Source of the DNA: Parcubacteria group bacterium LiPW_30
Lineage (GTDB): Bacteria; Patescibacteriota; Minisyncoccia; Phycocordibacterales; VMEP01
Assembly: GCA_007375595.1 (NCBI GenBank)
Contig: VMEP01000001.1
Location: forward strand, 10,061-74,060
DNA: 64,000 nucleotides
Reading direction: 5' to 3'
The first letter of the stretch is position 1. Each line of letters begins with the position of its first letter. The position numbers and the translations under genes were made by a program. This document shows, one piece after another, positions 19,780 to 30,308 of this stretch. Below the pieces are notes generated by a model. That model saw only the letters and a program-made list of their open reading frames with translations. It ran no database searches and was not told the origin of the DNA.

Positions 19780-20919
19780 ATGTTGAGTCTCTATAGAATA
19801 TATTTAAACAAGATACTTAATAAACTTTTTGGAGTTGTGCAGTTCCCCGCAAAAAGAAAGAAAAAAGGTGATATTTTAATATCTTATATTACGGAGCCGT
19901 TCACAAAAAAACTGGAGTCTTTCTCAAACCTACACACAAACTATTGGGAATGTTATGAAATTGCAAGACTTTTCTCTGTGCGTGGTTACACCGTAGATAT
20001 AATTAACTGGGATAACCATAAATTTATCCCCAAAAAAAATTATAAAATATGTATTGACACTCAAAATAACCTTGAACATCTATCTAAATTCTTACCAAAA
20101 AGTTGTATTAAAGTTATGCACGTCGTGACTTCTCATGGTGATTTCCAAAACAATGCCGAATTAAAAAGATTGGAAGAATTAAAAAAAAGAAGAAAAATAG
20201 TGCTATCACCCCAGCGCCAGATGCTAACGACAAAAAATCTTAAGTACGTAGATTTTCTTGAGGGATTTGGGAACAAATCCGTGCATAAAACTTATAACCT
20301 TTTAGATAAACAGATATTCCCTATCCCAATCTCTGCTGTAAAACTTTTTAATTTTCCAGAAAATAAAGATTTTAAATCTGCCCGTACTAAATTTTTATGG
20401 CTTGGTGGAGGCGGGGCAATTCTTAAGGGATTAGACCTAGTACTTGAAGTCTTTGCCAAAAACCCAAGCTTGGAACTCCATATCTGTGGGCCAATAGTCG
20501 CAGAAAAAGATTTTGCCTTAGCTTATAAAAAAGAACTTTATGAAACTCCAAATATACACTTTTATGGCAGAATTGATGTTACTTCTGATTTATTTGGCGA
20601 GATAAGCAATAAGTGTGGAGCACTTATTTACCCTGCTTTTTCAGAAGGAACCTCTGGGGCTATTGTTCAAGCAATGCACGCTGGAATTATTCCAATAATT
20701 ACACCGCAGTGTGGAGTCTATGAAGACGCCAATGCAATAATTATCCAAGATCCAAGTATCAATTCAATAAATGAGTCAGTAAACTCATTTTCAAAACTAG
20801 ACCCAGAAACCGTTAAAAACATGGCACGAAATATTTGGGCTTATGCGCAAAAACATTATACGCGCGAATCCTTTAGCGCTACATATTCGAAATTTATTGA
20901 TACCATTCTTAAGATATGA
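19780..20919 (+). CDS. Glycosyltransferase (GT4-like)
   Basis: KGLDLVLEVF and PAFSEGTSGAIVQAMHAGIIP, a GT-B C-terminal motif. Start taken at ATG 19780. Confidence 0.75.
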   Translation: MLSLYRIYLNKILNKLFGVVQFPAKRKKKGDILISYITEPFTKKLESFSNLHTNYWECYEIARLFSVRGYTVDIINWDNHKFIPKKNYKICIDTQNNLEHLSKFLPKSCIKVMHVVTSHGDFQNNAELKRLEELKKRRKIVLSPQRQMLTTKNLKYVDFLEGFGNKSVHKTYNLLDKQIFPIPISAVKLFNFPENKDFKSARTKFLWLGGGGAILKGLDLVLEVFAKNPSLELHICGPIVAEKDFALAYKKELYETPNIHFYGRIDVTSDLFGEISNKCGALIYPAFSEGTSGAIVQAMHAGIIPIITPQCGVYEDANAIIIQDPSINSINESVNSFSKLDPETVKNMARNIWAYAQKHYTRESFSATYSKFIDTILKI

Positions 20920-21710
20920 ACCAATTAATAAGTGTTATTATTCCGGCACACAATAACGCAACCACCCTAGAGGAAGCCGTTAATTCCATAATAAATCAGA
21001 CTTATAAAAATTTGGAGATATTAATTATCAATGACAACAGTACAGATAACACAGAAGCCATTGCTAAATCACTAGAAAAAAGAGACGAACGTATTAAATA
21101 TTTTAAGCTCGAAAAAAATGACACCGAACGGGTTGATAATTTACTTAATAGAAACATAAACGCCGGTTATTCTGCTAGGAATTTTGGTTTTACTAAATCA
21201 AGTGGCGAATTAATAACGTTTCAGGACGGCGATGATGCTTCTCTTTTAAACCGTATCGAAATACAATACGACCTTTTGTTAAAAAACAACGCAACACACA
21301 TAACAACAGATTGGATTCCTTTCTCAGAAGAACTCTTAAACACCTGTGGCGATATTAAAACTACCACACCATTACTAAACCCAAATCAAATATATGAAAT
21401 TTCTCAACACAACAAAGGTATAATTGCAAAAATTTCTCCAACCATTAATTCGCTGGTGCCTTTTAAATACAAACGTTTACGTGTAATAAATAAATTATTT
21501 TTTGGGGGCCTTGATCCTTATCCCGGTGCCGGCAATAGCCCTCTGTTTAAAAAAGAAGTTATCAAAAAAGTCCAATTTAGAAATCTAAAAAATAGAATCT
21601 GGCCATCGTTTATGGGTCGTGGTGCCGATCGGGATTTTAATTTCCAGGTCGCCGAAACTTTCAAAAATAGTTATTTTTTTTCAATACCGCTATACCTTTG
21701 GAGAAAATGA
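20916..21710 (+). CDS. Glycosyltransferase family 2
   Basis: ISVIIPAHN, INDNSTDNT, ARNFG and FQDGDD. Confidence 0.9.
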   Translation: MNQLISVIIPAHNNATTLEEAVNSIINQTYKNLEILIINDNSTDNTEAIAKSLEKRDERIKYFKLEKNDTERVDNLLNRNINAGYSARNFGFTKSSGELITFQDGDDASLLNRIEIQYDLLLKNNATHITTDWIPFSEELLNTCGDIKTTTPLLNPNQIYEISQHNKGIIAKISPTINSLVPFKYKRLRVINKLFFGGLDPYPGAGNSPLFKKEVIKKVQFRNLKNRIWPSFMGRGADRDFNFQVAETFKNSYFFSIPLYLWRK

Positions 21711-21718
21711 TTTTTCTC

Positions 21719-22459
21719 TTACCTCCTCTTAATTACACTGACCCCTTTATGTTTAACAACCTCAACGGCGCACTCGTTAGCAAACTTAATAGATTCTTCT
21801 ATATCCCCCGTTTCAGCGTATTTAACGATTAAGGCTGCAAAAAAACTATCCCCCGCGCCGGAAACATCCTTAACTTCAACCGTTTCTACGGGGTATATTT
21901 TACCGTTAAAAATAGCACCCTGCCCGCCTTTTGTATGAATTATTTTACTCTTTAGTGTCTCTGTTATGTATGGCTCTGAATGTTCATATTCATAATTATT
22001 TATTTTAATGAACCTTGCTTTTTCTATCCAATCACCAAGTATTTTTTTGGTATCAATAAAAACATTGTCGTGATTATCGGTGATATAAACTATATCCTCT
22101 TTAGTTAAAAATCCTTTGTTATAATCAGAAATTGCAATAATATCGTATTTCGAAAATGGAATATCTTTTACTTTTACCCTAGGAATATTATGATCCGTAT
22201 CAACACGAATAAACATATGATTCGTATCATTATGTATATATCTTGTTTTTGTGACCTCTTCCCATCTATCGTTTGTATGCAACTCAACATTAGAAAAAAG
22301 TTCTTTGATGTTGCGTAAAACATTTGCTGCCATACCAGGATTTTCCTTTTGCTCAACAACACCAAGTACTGGAATTGGCATGTCTGGGGCCAGGCGGTCA
22401 GCCTTACAATACACAAAAACATCTCTACAGCTCTCTCCTATTACCAGAATTTTTTTCAT
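21719..22459 (-). CDS. PfkB-family sugar kinase (HldE kinase-like)
   Basis: ILVIGESCRD, GMAANV, ISDYNKG and DVSGAGDSF. Confidence 0.85.
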   Translation of the reverse strand: MKKILVIGESCRDVFVYCKADRLAPDMPIPVLGVVEQKENPGMAANVLRNIKELFSNVELHTNDRWEEVTKTRYIHNDTNHMFIRVDTDHNIPRVKVKDIPFSKYDIIAISDYNKGFLTKEDIVYITDNHDNVFIDTKKILGDWIEKARFIKINNYEYEHSEPYITETLKSKIIHTKGGQGAIFNGKIYPVETVEVKDVSGAGDSFFAALIVKYAETGDIEESIKFANECAVEVVKHKGVSVIKRR

Positions 22460-23496
22460 AAAATAGTTAACCCTGGAGCTAAGTGAAGTTCTTCAAAACT
22501 CAACTTTTTATCGATCTTAGGCTTATTAAACTGCTTCAGTATTAGGTTTGCTATATCTACCTTTGTGGGATAATAAAATTCAGTTAAAGCTGTTGATGTA
22601 GGGCAAGGAACATTTGGACAAGAAATAGAAGTTGGTCTCTCTTTTAAATCTATCGAACTATTCTGCACCACCTTAGATATTATTTCTGAACCAATATTAA
22701 ATGCTTCGTGCGTCGTATCAACACACATCAATCTGCCAGTTTTTTTAACGGAGTTAAAAATCGTTTCGTAATCAATTGGATTAATACTAACTAAATCAAT
22801 CAACTCAACACTTACGTCATTATTTAAAAAATCCAAAGCTTCCAATGAAGCTATGAACCCATCTCCATAGGCGACCACAGTTATATCCTTTCCCTCTTTA
22901 AATACTTTGGCCTTGTCTAATGACTCTTCGTAAACCTCAGCCGGGACTTCTTGTTTAGTATTATATAGCCACCTTGATTCCAAAAAAATAACGGGGTTTT
23001 TATCTTTAACAGCAGATATTAGTAATCCTTTTGCCATTTTTGGTGTTGATGGTATTACAACCTTAAGGCCCATTGCACCACCAAATAACGCATAAGGCGA
23101 TTGGGTGTGTTGCGGGCCATTACCCCATTGCCTACCAACAGCAATTCGCAAAACAATCGGGACTCCATTGTCCCCACCAAACATGTAATTCCACTTAGCG
23201 GCCTGCGTAAATATTTGATCGGCAGCAAAATAAGCGAATTCAACCCTTCCGTGATGCACTATGGGCTTTAGTCCATTTATAGCTGCTCCGACAGACATAC
23301 CCGTAAAAGAAGCTTCTGACACGGGAACGTCAAAAACTCTATTTTCATATTTAAGCTTTAGTCCTGAAGTGGTTCCATCAGCGCCATTTTTATAAGCCAC
23401 CCCAAGACCAATAACAAAAACACTAGGATCAATTTCCATTATCTGGTCTGTTGCTTCTTTTATTGCTTCTGTGTATTTAATTATTCTAGGAGGCAT
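22456..23496 (-). CDS. TPP-dependent E1-like beta subunit
   Basis: RVFDVPVSEASFTGMSVGAAING, GPQHTQS, DKNPVIFLE and GKDITVVAYG. Start taken at MPPRII. Confidence 0.85.
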   Translation of the reverse strand: MPPRIIKYTEAIKEATDQIMEIDPSVFVIGLGVAYKNGADGTTSGLKLKYENRVFDVPVSEASFTGMSVGAAINGLKPIVHHGRVEFAYFAADQIFTQAAKWNYMFGGDNGVPIVLRIAVGRQWGNGPQHTQSPYALFGGAMGLKVVIPSTPKMAKGLLISAVKDKNPVIFLESRWLYNTKQEVPAEVYEESLDKAKVFKEGKDITVVAYGDGFIASLEALDFLNNDVSVELIDLVSINPIDYETIFNSVKKTGRLMCVDTTHEAFNIGSEIISKVVQNSSIDLKERPTSISCPNVPCPTSTALTEFYYPTKVDIANLILKQFNKPKIDKKLSFEELHLAPGLTIL

Positions 23497-24439
23497 ATAA
23501 ATCAGTATATAAACTTTCTTTTGGCGGATAATTTGAATCGACTGCAAATTTAATACTATCTAAAACAATCTTCTTTGTATCCTCTTCAATTATAACTAAC
23601 TCTTCCTCCTTAATACCGCTGTCTAAAAGAGATTGTTTTACCTTCTTTATAGGGTCCTTTTCCTGTCTTTTTTCTAAAATATCTTCCTCTCTGTATCCCT
23701 CATCAAAAATCGGAGCGCTGTGTGCCATGTGTCTATAAGCAATACACTCCAAAACAGCTGGTTTACCAGTTCGAACTGTTTCTATTATTTTTTTCGTCTT
23801 ATTAAAAACATCTTCATAGTCATTTCCATCAGCCTTAACGTAACTGACACCAAAACCAGAAACAATTTTTTCAATATCATATTCTGGCGATCTTCTGTCG
23901 CTTAATTTTGAATTAACGGCGAATAGATTATTTTCAACCACCAACATAAGTGGCAGTTTAAAAAGATTAGCAAGGTTGAGTGTTTCATAAACAATCCCTT
24001 CTTCAAAAGCCCCGTCCCCAAAAAAAGCAACTGTTATCCCATCTTTCTTATTATATTTTTGCTCAAAAGCAGAGCCACAAGACAACGGGACAACGCTTCC
24101 AAGAATTGGAGTTGTTCCAATAAAGTTAACTGACTTATCAATCATATGCATAGAACCACCCTTACCACGAGCAAGTCCATTCTCCTTTCCCAGAAGCTCC
24201 GAAACCATTTTATTCAAGTCACCACCTTTCGCCAAATAGTGACCGTGTGACCTATGATTACCCATAACCTTATCTTCTTTACCCAATGCGTCACAAACAC
24301 CAACAGCAACAGCCTCTTGTCCAACATAAAAATGAACGAAGCTCATAATCTTGTTTTGTAAATAATGATCAGCAATCTCTTGCTCAGCGATTCTAATGAG
24401 AATCATTTTTTTATACGCTTGTAAAAAATTAATTTCCAT
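23486..24439 (-). CDS. TPP-dependent E1-like alpha subunit
   Basis: HFYVGQEA, HRSHGHYLAKG, GKGGSMH and the TPP motif FFGDGA...ENN. Confidence 0.9.
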   Translation of the reverse strand: MEINFLQAYKKMILIRIAEQEIADHYLQNKIMSFVHFYVGQEAVAVGVCDALGKEDKVMGNHRSHGHYLAKGGDLNKMVSELLGKENGLARGKGGSMHMIDKSVNFIGTTPILGSVVPLSCGSAFEQKYNKKDGITVAFFGDGAFEEGIVYETLNLANLFKLPLMLVVENNLFAVNSKLSDRRSPEYDIEKIVSGFGVSYVKADGNDYEDVFNKTKKIIETVRTGKPAVLECIAYRHMAHSAPIFDEGYREEDILEKRQEKDPIKKVKQSLLDSGIKEEELVIIEEDTKKIVLDSIKFAVDSNYPPKESLYTDLYAS

Positions 24440-24444
24440 AAAAT

Positions 24445-25479
24445 TTACATTTCTATCAAGATGCGTCCGGCCTGTCCTTTTCTAATGAGACCTATTGCTT
24501 CGTTTATTTGGTCTAATTTCATCCTATGGGTAATAATTCCATCAATATTTAAAACTCCAGCTTTGTGTAATTTTATATATTTCGGAATATCTCTGCTTGG
24601 AGAAAACTTTCCACCCTGTGTTGCTTTTATTGTTTTTCCTTCTCCTCCAAAAAGGTGGTGGGCGTTAATAATACCAACAGTCTCGCCTGGTTTTGGTTGA
24701 CCAACCAGTATAAACCTACCAACACCGGAAAGAAGCGGTAATGTCTCTTCTATTGCCTGCTTATTTCCGGACGTTTCTATTATCACATCGACGTCTTTTA
24801 TTCCAAATTTTTTAATTATTTCTTCTTTTGTGTCACTGTTTTGTGTGTTAATAAATAGATCCGCCCCCATTGATTCACATACCTCTTTCTTGTTTTCATG
24901 TACATCTAAAACAATAATTGGGAAAGCACTAGCTAATCTTGCAGCTTTTATTAAGTTAACACCAAGGCCACCAGCTCCAACAATCATTACACTTTCTCCA
25001 AACTTCACGTTCGCTTCTTCGTTTATAGTCCCAAGGGCAGTAGATAAACCACAACCAAGAAGTGACGCTAGGTCGTCGGGAGTATCAGCCGGGACGGGTG
25101 TAATTCTGTTTTCCGAAGCTATTGTGTACTCGCTTAGTGTTGTGATTTTCCCGCTTTTCATTATTTTCCCGTTATACAGATATGAAGGAAAATCAGCTTC
25201 TACTCCGTCACCCTTACGCCAGTGCATAACTACTTTATCGCCAACTTTTACCTTAGTAACCCCAGGACCAATGCTTTCAACAATTCCACACCCCTCATGC
25301 CCAAGTAGGTGTGGAACAAAATTGGCGTTATTTTTATTGCCCGCAATTTCCTGTAATTGTGAGCCACAAATACCGCTAACAATAACCTTTACTAAAACCT
25401 GGCCAAAAGTTAAGTCTGTTAATTCAACCTCGCCAACAACAACATCCCCATCTATTTTTTCTAGTATCACAGCTTTCAT
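24445..25479 (-). CDS. Zinc-binding alcohol dehydrogenase family protein
   Basis: GICGSQ, GHEGCG, LLGCGLSTALG and GAGGLG. Confidence 0.9.
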   Translation of the reverse strand: MKAVILEKIDGDVVVGEVELTDLTFGQVLVKVIVSGICGSQLQEIAGNKNNANFVPHLLGHEGCGIVESIGPGVTKVKVGDKVVMHWRKGDGVEADFPSYLYNGKIMKSGKITTLSEYTIASENRITPVPADTPDDLASLLGCGLSTALGTINEEANVKFGESVMIVGAGGLGVNLIKAARLASAFPIIVLDVHENKKEVCESMGADLFINTQNSDTKEEIIKKFGIKDVDVIIETSGNKQAIEETLPLLSGVGRFILVGQPKPGETVGIINAHHLFGGEGKTIKATQGGKFSPSRDIPKYIKLHKAGVLNIDGIITHRMKLDQINEAIGLIRKGQAGRILIEM

Positions 25480-25562
25480 TTTTTCACTTTATCACATTAG
25501 TACATTAACGCAAAAATTTACTATAATGAATCGTGTTTCTGAACAAAAAAACCGTAAAAACA

Positions 25563-26861
25563 ATGATTTCCAACACTAAACTTAGGACAAAAAATACGTC
25601 GAGTATCCTTATATATCATCACCTTGGATTAGGCGACCACATAATGTGTCACGGTATAGTCCGAGAATACTGTAAAAAATACAATAGAGTCACTATATTT
25701 TCGCGACCAAATAATTACCCATCGGTGTCTTTTATGTTTAGGGATCTAGAGAATCTTACAATCATTAAAGGAAATGATGATTTTGCAGTTAAATTTATAT
25801 CAAAAAATTCCTCCGCGGTTGGCGCAGAAAAATACGATGAAATAAAAATTATAGGATTTCAGAATCTAAACAGAAGTAGTGGGGTTCCACTTGAAAAACA
25901 ATTCTACGATACTGCCGGACTAAGTATCTCAAAAAAATGGGACAGCTTTTATGTTGAAAGGGGTTTCGAAAAAGAAAAGAGTGTATTTAGTAAATACGCA
26001 CCAAAAGAAGATTATGTTTTTGTGCATGAAGACACCAGTAGAAAATACATAATCAAAAGAAAATATATTAATAAAAATTATAAGATATTTTTACCTGATA
26101 ATAAAATAGCAGAAAATATTTTTGATTACTGCACTATAATTGAAAAAGCAAAAGAGATACACGTTATTGATTCTTCCTTTATGTTTCTGGTCGATTGCCT
26201 AAACTATAATAATCCAAATCAAAAACTTTATATCCATCGATATTCAAGAGAAAACAATGAGTGGCAGCTACCAATTCTTAAAAAAAACTGGTATATCATA
26301 ACACCAGAAAGTACAATCCTTGACCCAATAAAAAGAATATTGGAATCTCTTTATCATTCAAAAATAATATTTTTTAATAATTCTATATATCGAAGAGTTA
26401 TCCGTAAATTTTTTAGGGATATGGGATGGATAATGGGAAGACCACAAAAACCAGACTTAGTAGCCCTAATAAGGCGACATGTTCCGGAAAAATCGTTTTC
26501 AGAAGTTAGTCACCAAAAAAACGGAGGTGGGCAAAACTTACTAATCGCAAAAGAAGCTGGTGCAACAAAAACCATGATGGTAAAAATTGACGCGCTAAAC
26601 AACGCAGAGCCGTCAGATATAGTATTTTATCATGAGATCATTAAAGAAAACTCGATTTCCATAGAACTTCTTGAGAAGATACGTCAGGTAACAAAAGAGT
26701 TGCTAATAATCAATGTCCCAACTGTATTAGGATATTCAAACAAAAAAAATAATCGCCTTACCCCAAAAGAAGTTGAGTCTATGTTGGTGCAAAAAGGATT
26801 CGTAATCAAAGAAAAGCACATCTTCCCCCTTGAAACGTGCTTTGTATGTAAAACATCATGA
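25563..26861 (+). CDS. Hypothetical glycan-modifying protein (GT-B-like N-terminus, degenerate methyltransferase-like C-terminus)
   Basis: HHLGLGDH and AKEIHVIDSSF motifs. Located in the glycan locus. Confidence 0.45.
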   Translation: MISNTKLRTKNTSSILIYHHLGLGDHIMCHGIVREYCKKYNRVTIFSRPNNYPSVSFMFRDLENLTIIKGNDDFAVKFISKNSSAVGAEKYDEIKIIGFQNLNRSSGVPLEKQFYDTAGLSISKKWDSFYVERGFEKEKSVFSKYAPKEDYVFVHEDTSRKYIIKRKYINKNYKIFLPDNKIAENIFDYCTIIEKAKEIHVIDSSFMFLVDCLNYNNPNQKLYIHRYSRENNEWQLPILKKNWYIITPESTILDPIKRILESLYHSKIIFFNNSIYRRVIRKFFRDMGWIMGRPQKPDLVALIRRHVPEKSFSEVSHQKNGGGQNLLIAKEAGATKTMMVKIDALNNAEPSDIVFYHEIIKENSISIELLEKIRQVTKELLIINVPTVLGYSNKKNNRLTPKEVESMLVQKGFVIKEKHIFPLETCFVCKTS

Positions 26862-27772
26862 AATTTTCAATTGTAACCCCTGTATACAACGGCGAAAAAT
26901 ATATTGCCCAAACGATAGAAAGTGTACTTTCGCAGGAAGGCAATTTTGAAATTGAATACATAATACAAGATGGAGGCTCTACGGATAACACACTTTTCAT
27001 TATCAAAAAATACGAGGAGATGATTAAAAAAAATACATTTCCAATTAAGTGTCATTCTGTTGAACTTAAGTATTGCTCCGAAAAAGACTCTGGAATGTAC
27101 GATGCAATCAACAAAGGGTTTGGTAAGGCTACTGGTGAAATTTTTGCATATATAAATAGTGATGATTTATATCTTCCAGGGGCTTTCTATTCTGTGGTAA
27201 AAATTTTAAATTATTACCCGGAAATAGACTGGTTAAAGGGTATAAATAGTACAATTAAGGAAGGTAGTAATGAAGTAACAAAAGGGGAATGTTTTATCTA
27301 TAGAAGAAAATGGCTAAGGTCTGGAATCTATGGACGTAGTGCGTATTTTATACAACAAGATAGTGTGTTTTGGAAAAAATCTTTATGGAACAAAAGAAAA
27401 ATAAATATTGATTCCTTCCGTCTTGCTGGTGATTATGCTCTCTGGGTAGAATTTGCTAAACACACACCTTTGTTTTCATTTAATAAGCAAGTTAGTATTT
27501 TTAGGAAACACTATGGCCAATTGAGTGAATCTATGGATGAATACAGGAAAGAACAAGAAAAAATAGCCCCTCATTTATATTTATTAGAAAAAAAAGTAGT
27601 TTTATTTTTCTCCTTAATAAGATTATTTAAAATACCAGCAAACAACATTTCGTCAAAAATTCTATTTTTTTGCATGTTCCCTTTATACAAAAAAGAATGG
27701 TATATTGATTTCGACAAAGAAGATAAGCCAGTAAAAAAACTAGCGGAAACTTTTACTGTTACAGAAGAATAA
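26858..27772 (+). CDS. Glycosyltransferase family 2
   Basis: FSIVTPVYN, DGGSTDNT, SEKDSGMYDAINKG and INSDD. Confidence 0.9.
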   Translation: MKFSIVTPVYNGEKYIAQTIESVLSQEGNFEIEYIIQDGGSTDNTLFIIKKYEEMIKKNTFPIKCHSVELKYCSEKDSGMYDAINKGFGKATGEIFAYINSDDLYLPGAFYSVVKILNYYPEIDWLKGINSTIKEGSNEVTKGECFIYRRKWLRSGIYGRSAYFIQQDSVFWKKSLWNKRKINIDSFRLAGDYALWVEFAKHTPLFSFNKQVSIFRKHYGQLSESMDEYRKEQEKIAPHLYLLEKKVVLFFSLIRLFKIPANNISSKILFFCMFPLYKKEWYIDFDKEDKPVKKLAETFTVTEE

Positions 27773-27781
27773 AAAGCGTTT

Positions 27782-28735
27782 ATGTTAAATATATTTAAAA
27801 AAACACCAAAAAACACCAACAATAAAAAAAACGTTGTGGTGGTTGGGGGCGCCGGTTTTATTGGATCGCATCTTTCTTTGGGCTTAATAAAAGATGGTTT
27901 TAATGTTCATGTTATTGATAACCTTGTAAGTGGTAAAAAAGAAAATATTCCAAAAGAAGCAATATTTCATTTATGCGATATCCGCCACCTAAAAGACTTA
28001 CGCAAAACATTCAAAAAAATAGGGTCCGTAGAATGTGTTTTTCATCTAGCGGCAATACCGGAAATAGAGTTGTCTAAAGAAAACCCGTTTAAAACAAACG
28101 AGACTAACGTAACTGGAACTGAATATGTTCTAGGTGTGAGTTACGAAGCTAAGGTAAAAAAAGTAATTTTTTCATCATCCTGTGCGGTTTATGGGAATCA
28201 AGGTAACTTACCAATAAAAGAAACTGCACCCCTTATGCCAATGAACCCATACGCTTTTCATAAACAAATTGGGGAACTTTATTGTATTTTATATAGCCAG
28301 TCTTGTTCACTTCCAACAGTATCTCTTCGATATTTTAATGTTTACGGACCAAATCAACCGTTTAAAAGTGCTTATTCTGGGGCAATAAGTATCTTTTTGA
28401 ACCAAGCAAAAAACAAGCAACCACTTACAATAACAGGAGATGGGTCCCAGACTCGTGATTTTATTAACGTGCAAGATGTCGTAAGGGCAAATATCGCAGC
28501 AATGAAAAGTAACCTTGTTGGAAAAGGAGAGGTAATAAATATTGGTAGTGGGAAAGAATACTCTATCAACGACATTGCTTCCATAATTGGTAGTGAAAAA
28601 AAACATGTACAGGAAAGAGATGAGGTGAAGAAGTCTAAGGCTGATATTACAAAAGCAAAAGAACTACTTAAGTGGGAACCAACAATCACAATCAATGATG
28701 GCCTCACTGAATTAAAAAAATTTAACTCTCTTTAA
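27782..28735 (+). CDS. NAD-dependent sugar-nucleotide epimerase/dehydratase
   Basis: GGAGFIGSHL, FHLAA, YAFHK (YxxxK), LRYFNVYGP and GDGSQTRDF. Confidence 0.9.
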   Translation: MLNIFKKTPKNTNNKKNVVVVGGAGFIGSHLSLGLIKDGFNVHVIDNLVSGKKENIPKEAIFHLCDIRHLKDLRKTFKKIGSVECVFHLAAIPEIELSKENPFKTNETNVTGTEYVLGVSYEAKVKKVIFSSSCAVYGNQGNLPIKETAPLMPMNPYAFHKQIGELYCILYSQSCSLPTVSLRYFNVYGPNQPFKSAYSGAISIFLNQAKNKQPLTITGDGSQTRDFINVQDVVRANIAAMKSNLVGKGEVINIGSGKEYSINDIASIIGSEKKHVQERDEVKKSKADITKAKELLKWEPTITINDGLTELKKFNSL

Positions 28736-28750
28736 ATTAGTCTTTAAACA

Positions 28751-29539
28751 ATGAAAATCGCTTGGAAAGTAAGAAATTTTTTAAAACAAATTCCAATATT
28801 TAAGTGGGCTTTTATATTTTTAAAAACAGTTAGAAGAAAACATAAAATATCATTAACAATTAAAGAATTTATAAGATTTTACCAAGAATGGATGGTGTAT
28901 AAAAAACTCCCTAAAAATTTTTCTTTTACCAACGAGACAAAAGACCTGTATCCACGCCTTTTTGATAATACCCAAGAGACAACAACTGATCCTGTCTATT
29001 TTTACCAAGATACATGGTGTGCTAAAAAAATATTCGAAAGTAAGCCACGTCATCATTACGACGTTGGTTCAAAAGCAGAAATGGTAGGAATAATTTCCCA
29101 ATTTACTCCAACAACAATGATTGATATCCGTCCATTAAAGGTAAAAATTTCTGGGCTATCTTTTCTTGAGGGAAGTATCCTTTCTCTTCCACTTAAGGAT
29201 GGTGAAGTTGATTCACTTAGTTCCATCTGTGTAATAGAACATATCGGTCTTGGTCGATACGGAGATCCACTTAATCAATTTGGGTCAGAAAAAGCTACTG
29301 CCGAGCTAAAACGAGTATTAGCAATAAACGGCAATTTATACATATCTGTCCCAGTAGACGACAAAAATAAGGTTTATTTCAATGCTCATAGGGCTTTCGC
29401 GCGTGATTATGTTTTGAAGTTATTTAAACCACTAAAATTAATAGAAGAAAAATATATTTATGGAAATAATTTAGTCGATGAGTACTCCCCCACCAGTAGC
29501 TTCGGGACTGGGTTGTATCACTTTAAAAAAAATGGATAA
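28751..29539 (+). CDS. DUF268-like methyltransferase-fold protein
   Basis: YFYQDTW, HYDVGS, EHIGLGRYGDP and FNAHR. Confidence 0.75.
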   Translation: MKIAWKVRNFLKQIPIFKWAFIFLKTVRRKHKISLTIKEFIRFYQEWMVYKKLPKNFSFTNETKDLYPRLFDNTQETTTDPVYFYQDTWCAKKIFESKPRHHYDVGSKAEMVGIISQFTPTTMIDIRPLKVKISGLSFLEGSILSLPLKDGEVDSLSSICVIEHIGLGRYGDPLNQFGSEKATAELKRVLAINGNLYISVPVDDKNKVYFNAHRAFARDYVLKLFKPLKLIEEKYIYGNNLVDEYSPTSSFGTGLYHFKKNG

Positions 29540-30308
29540 CTTTATCCGAAAAATTAAAAATTACTTAGTTGAAAAGCTATTATTTTTTAATTTTTTTCAA
29601 AGAATAATAGGTAAGAGATGGTTTAAGAGATGGGAGAATAAATATATTTTAGCAGAAAAAGAACTCTCTTTATTACCCATAATGATGCCTAGTAATCCAG
29701 TAATCTTTGATATCGGGGCAAACAGAGGAGAGTTAGGTTATTTTTTTGCAAACATCTGTAAAGCGGATACTGTATATTCTTTTGAACCTCAAAACAGAAT
29801 GTTTGGAGTTCTTCTTGGTGTAGCAGAAAATACTAAAAACATTAAGCCTTTCAACATTGCTTTTTCTAACTCAAACGGAGAAAAAACGTTAAAAATACCA
29901 ATTCAATCGAACCACCAGTACACACAAGCCGCCTCCCTGGAAGAAACTTGTGTTGTTGACTACAAAAAAGAGATAGTAAAAATTAAAACACTCGATAGTT
30001 TTGTAAATGAAAACAAAATAGATAAACTAGATTTTATAAAATGCGACACAGAAGGTCATGAATTATTGGTATTTGAGGGAGCAAAAAAAACCATAACTTC
30101 TTTACGCCCCTTAATATACGTCGAAATAAAAGACACGAACTTAAAAAAAATGTTTGAATTATTTAAAGAAACGAATTATAAAGCTTATACTTATAACAAT
30201 TACACAAATAAAATAGTCCCTTTTACGGAAGAACCAAAAACAAAATCAGAAAATTATTATTTTGTCCCAATAGAAAAAGAGCAACAGTTCTTAGCTTCAA
30301 TAAGATGA
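29532..30308 (+). CDS. FkbM-family methyltransferase
   Basis: FDIGANRG, SFEP, TLDSF and FIKCDTEGHE. Confidence 0.88.
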   Translation: MDNFIRKIKNYLVEKLLFFNFFQRIIGKRWFKRWENKYILAEKELSLLPIMMPSNPVIFDIGANRGELGYFFANICKADTVYSFEPQNRMFGVLLGVAENTKNIKPFNIAFSNSNGEKTLKIPIQSNHQYTQAASLEETCVVDYKKEIVKIKTLDSFVNENKIDKLDFIKCDTEGHELLVFEGAKKTITSLRPLIYVEIKDTNLKKMFELFKETNYKAYTYNNYTNKIVPFTEEPKTKSENYYFVPIEKEQQFLASIR

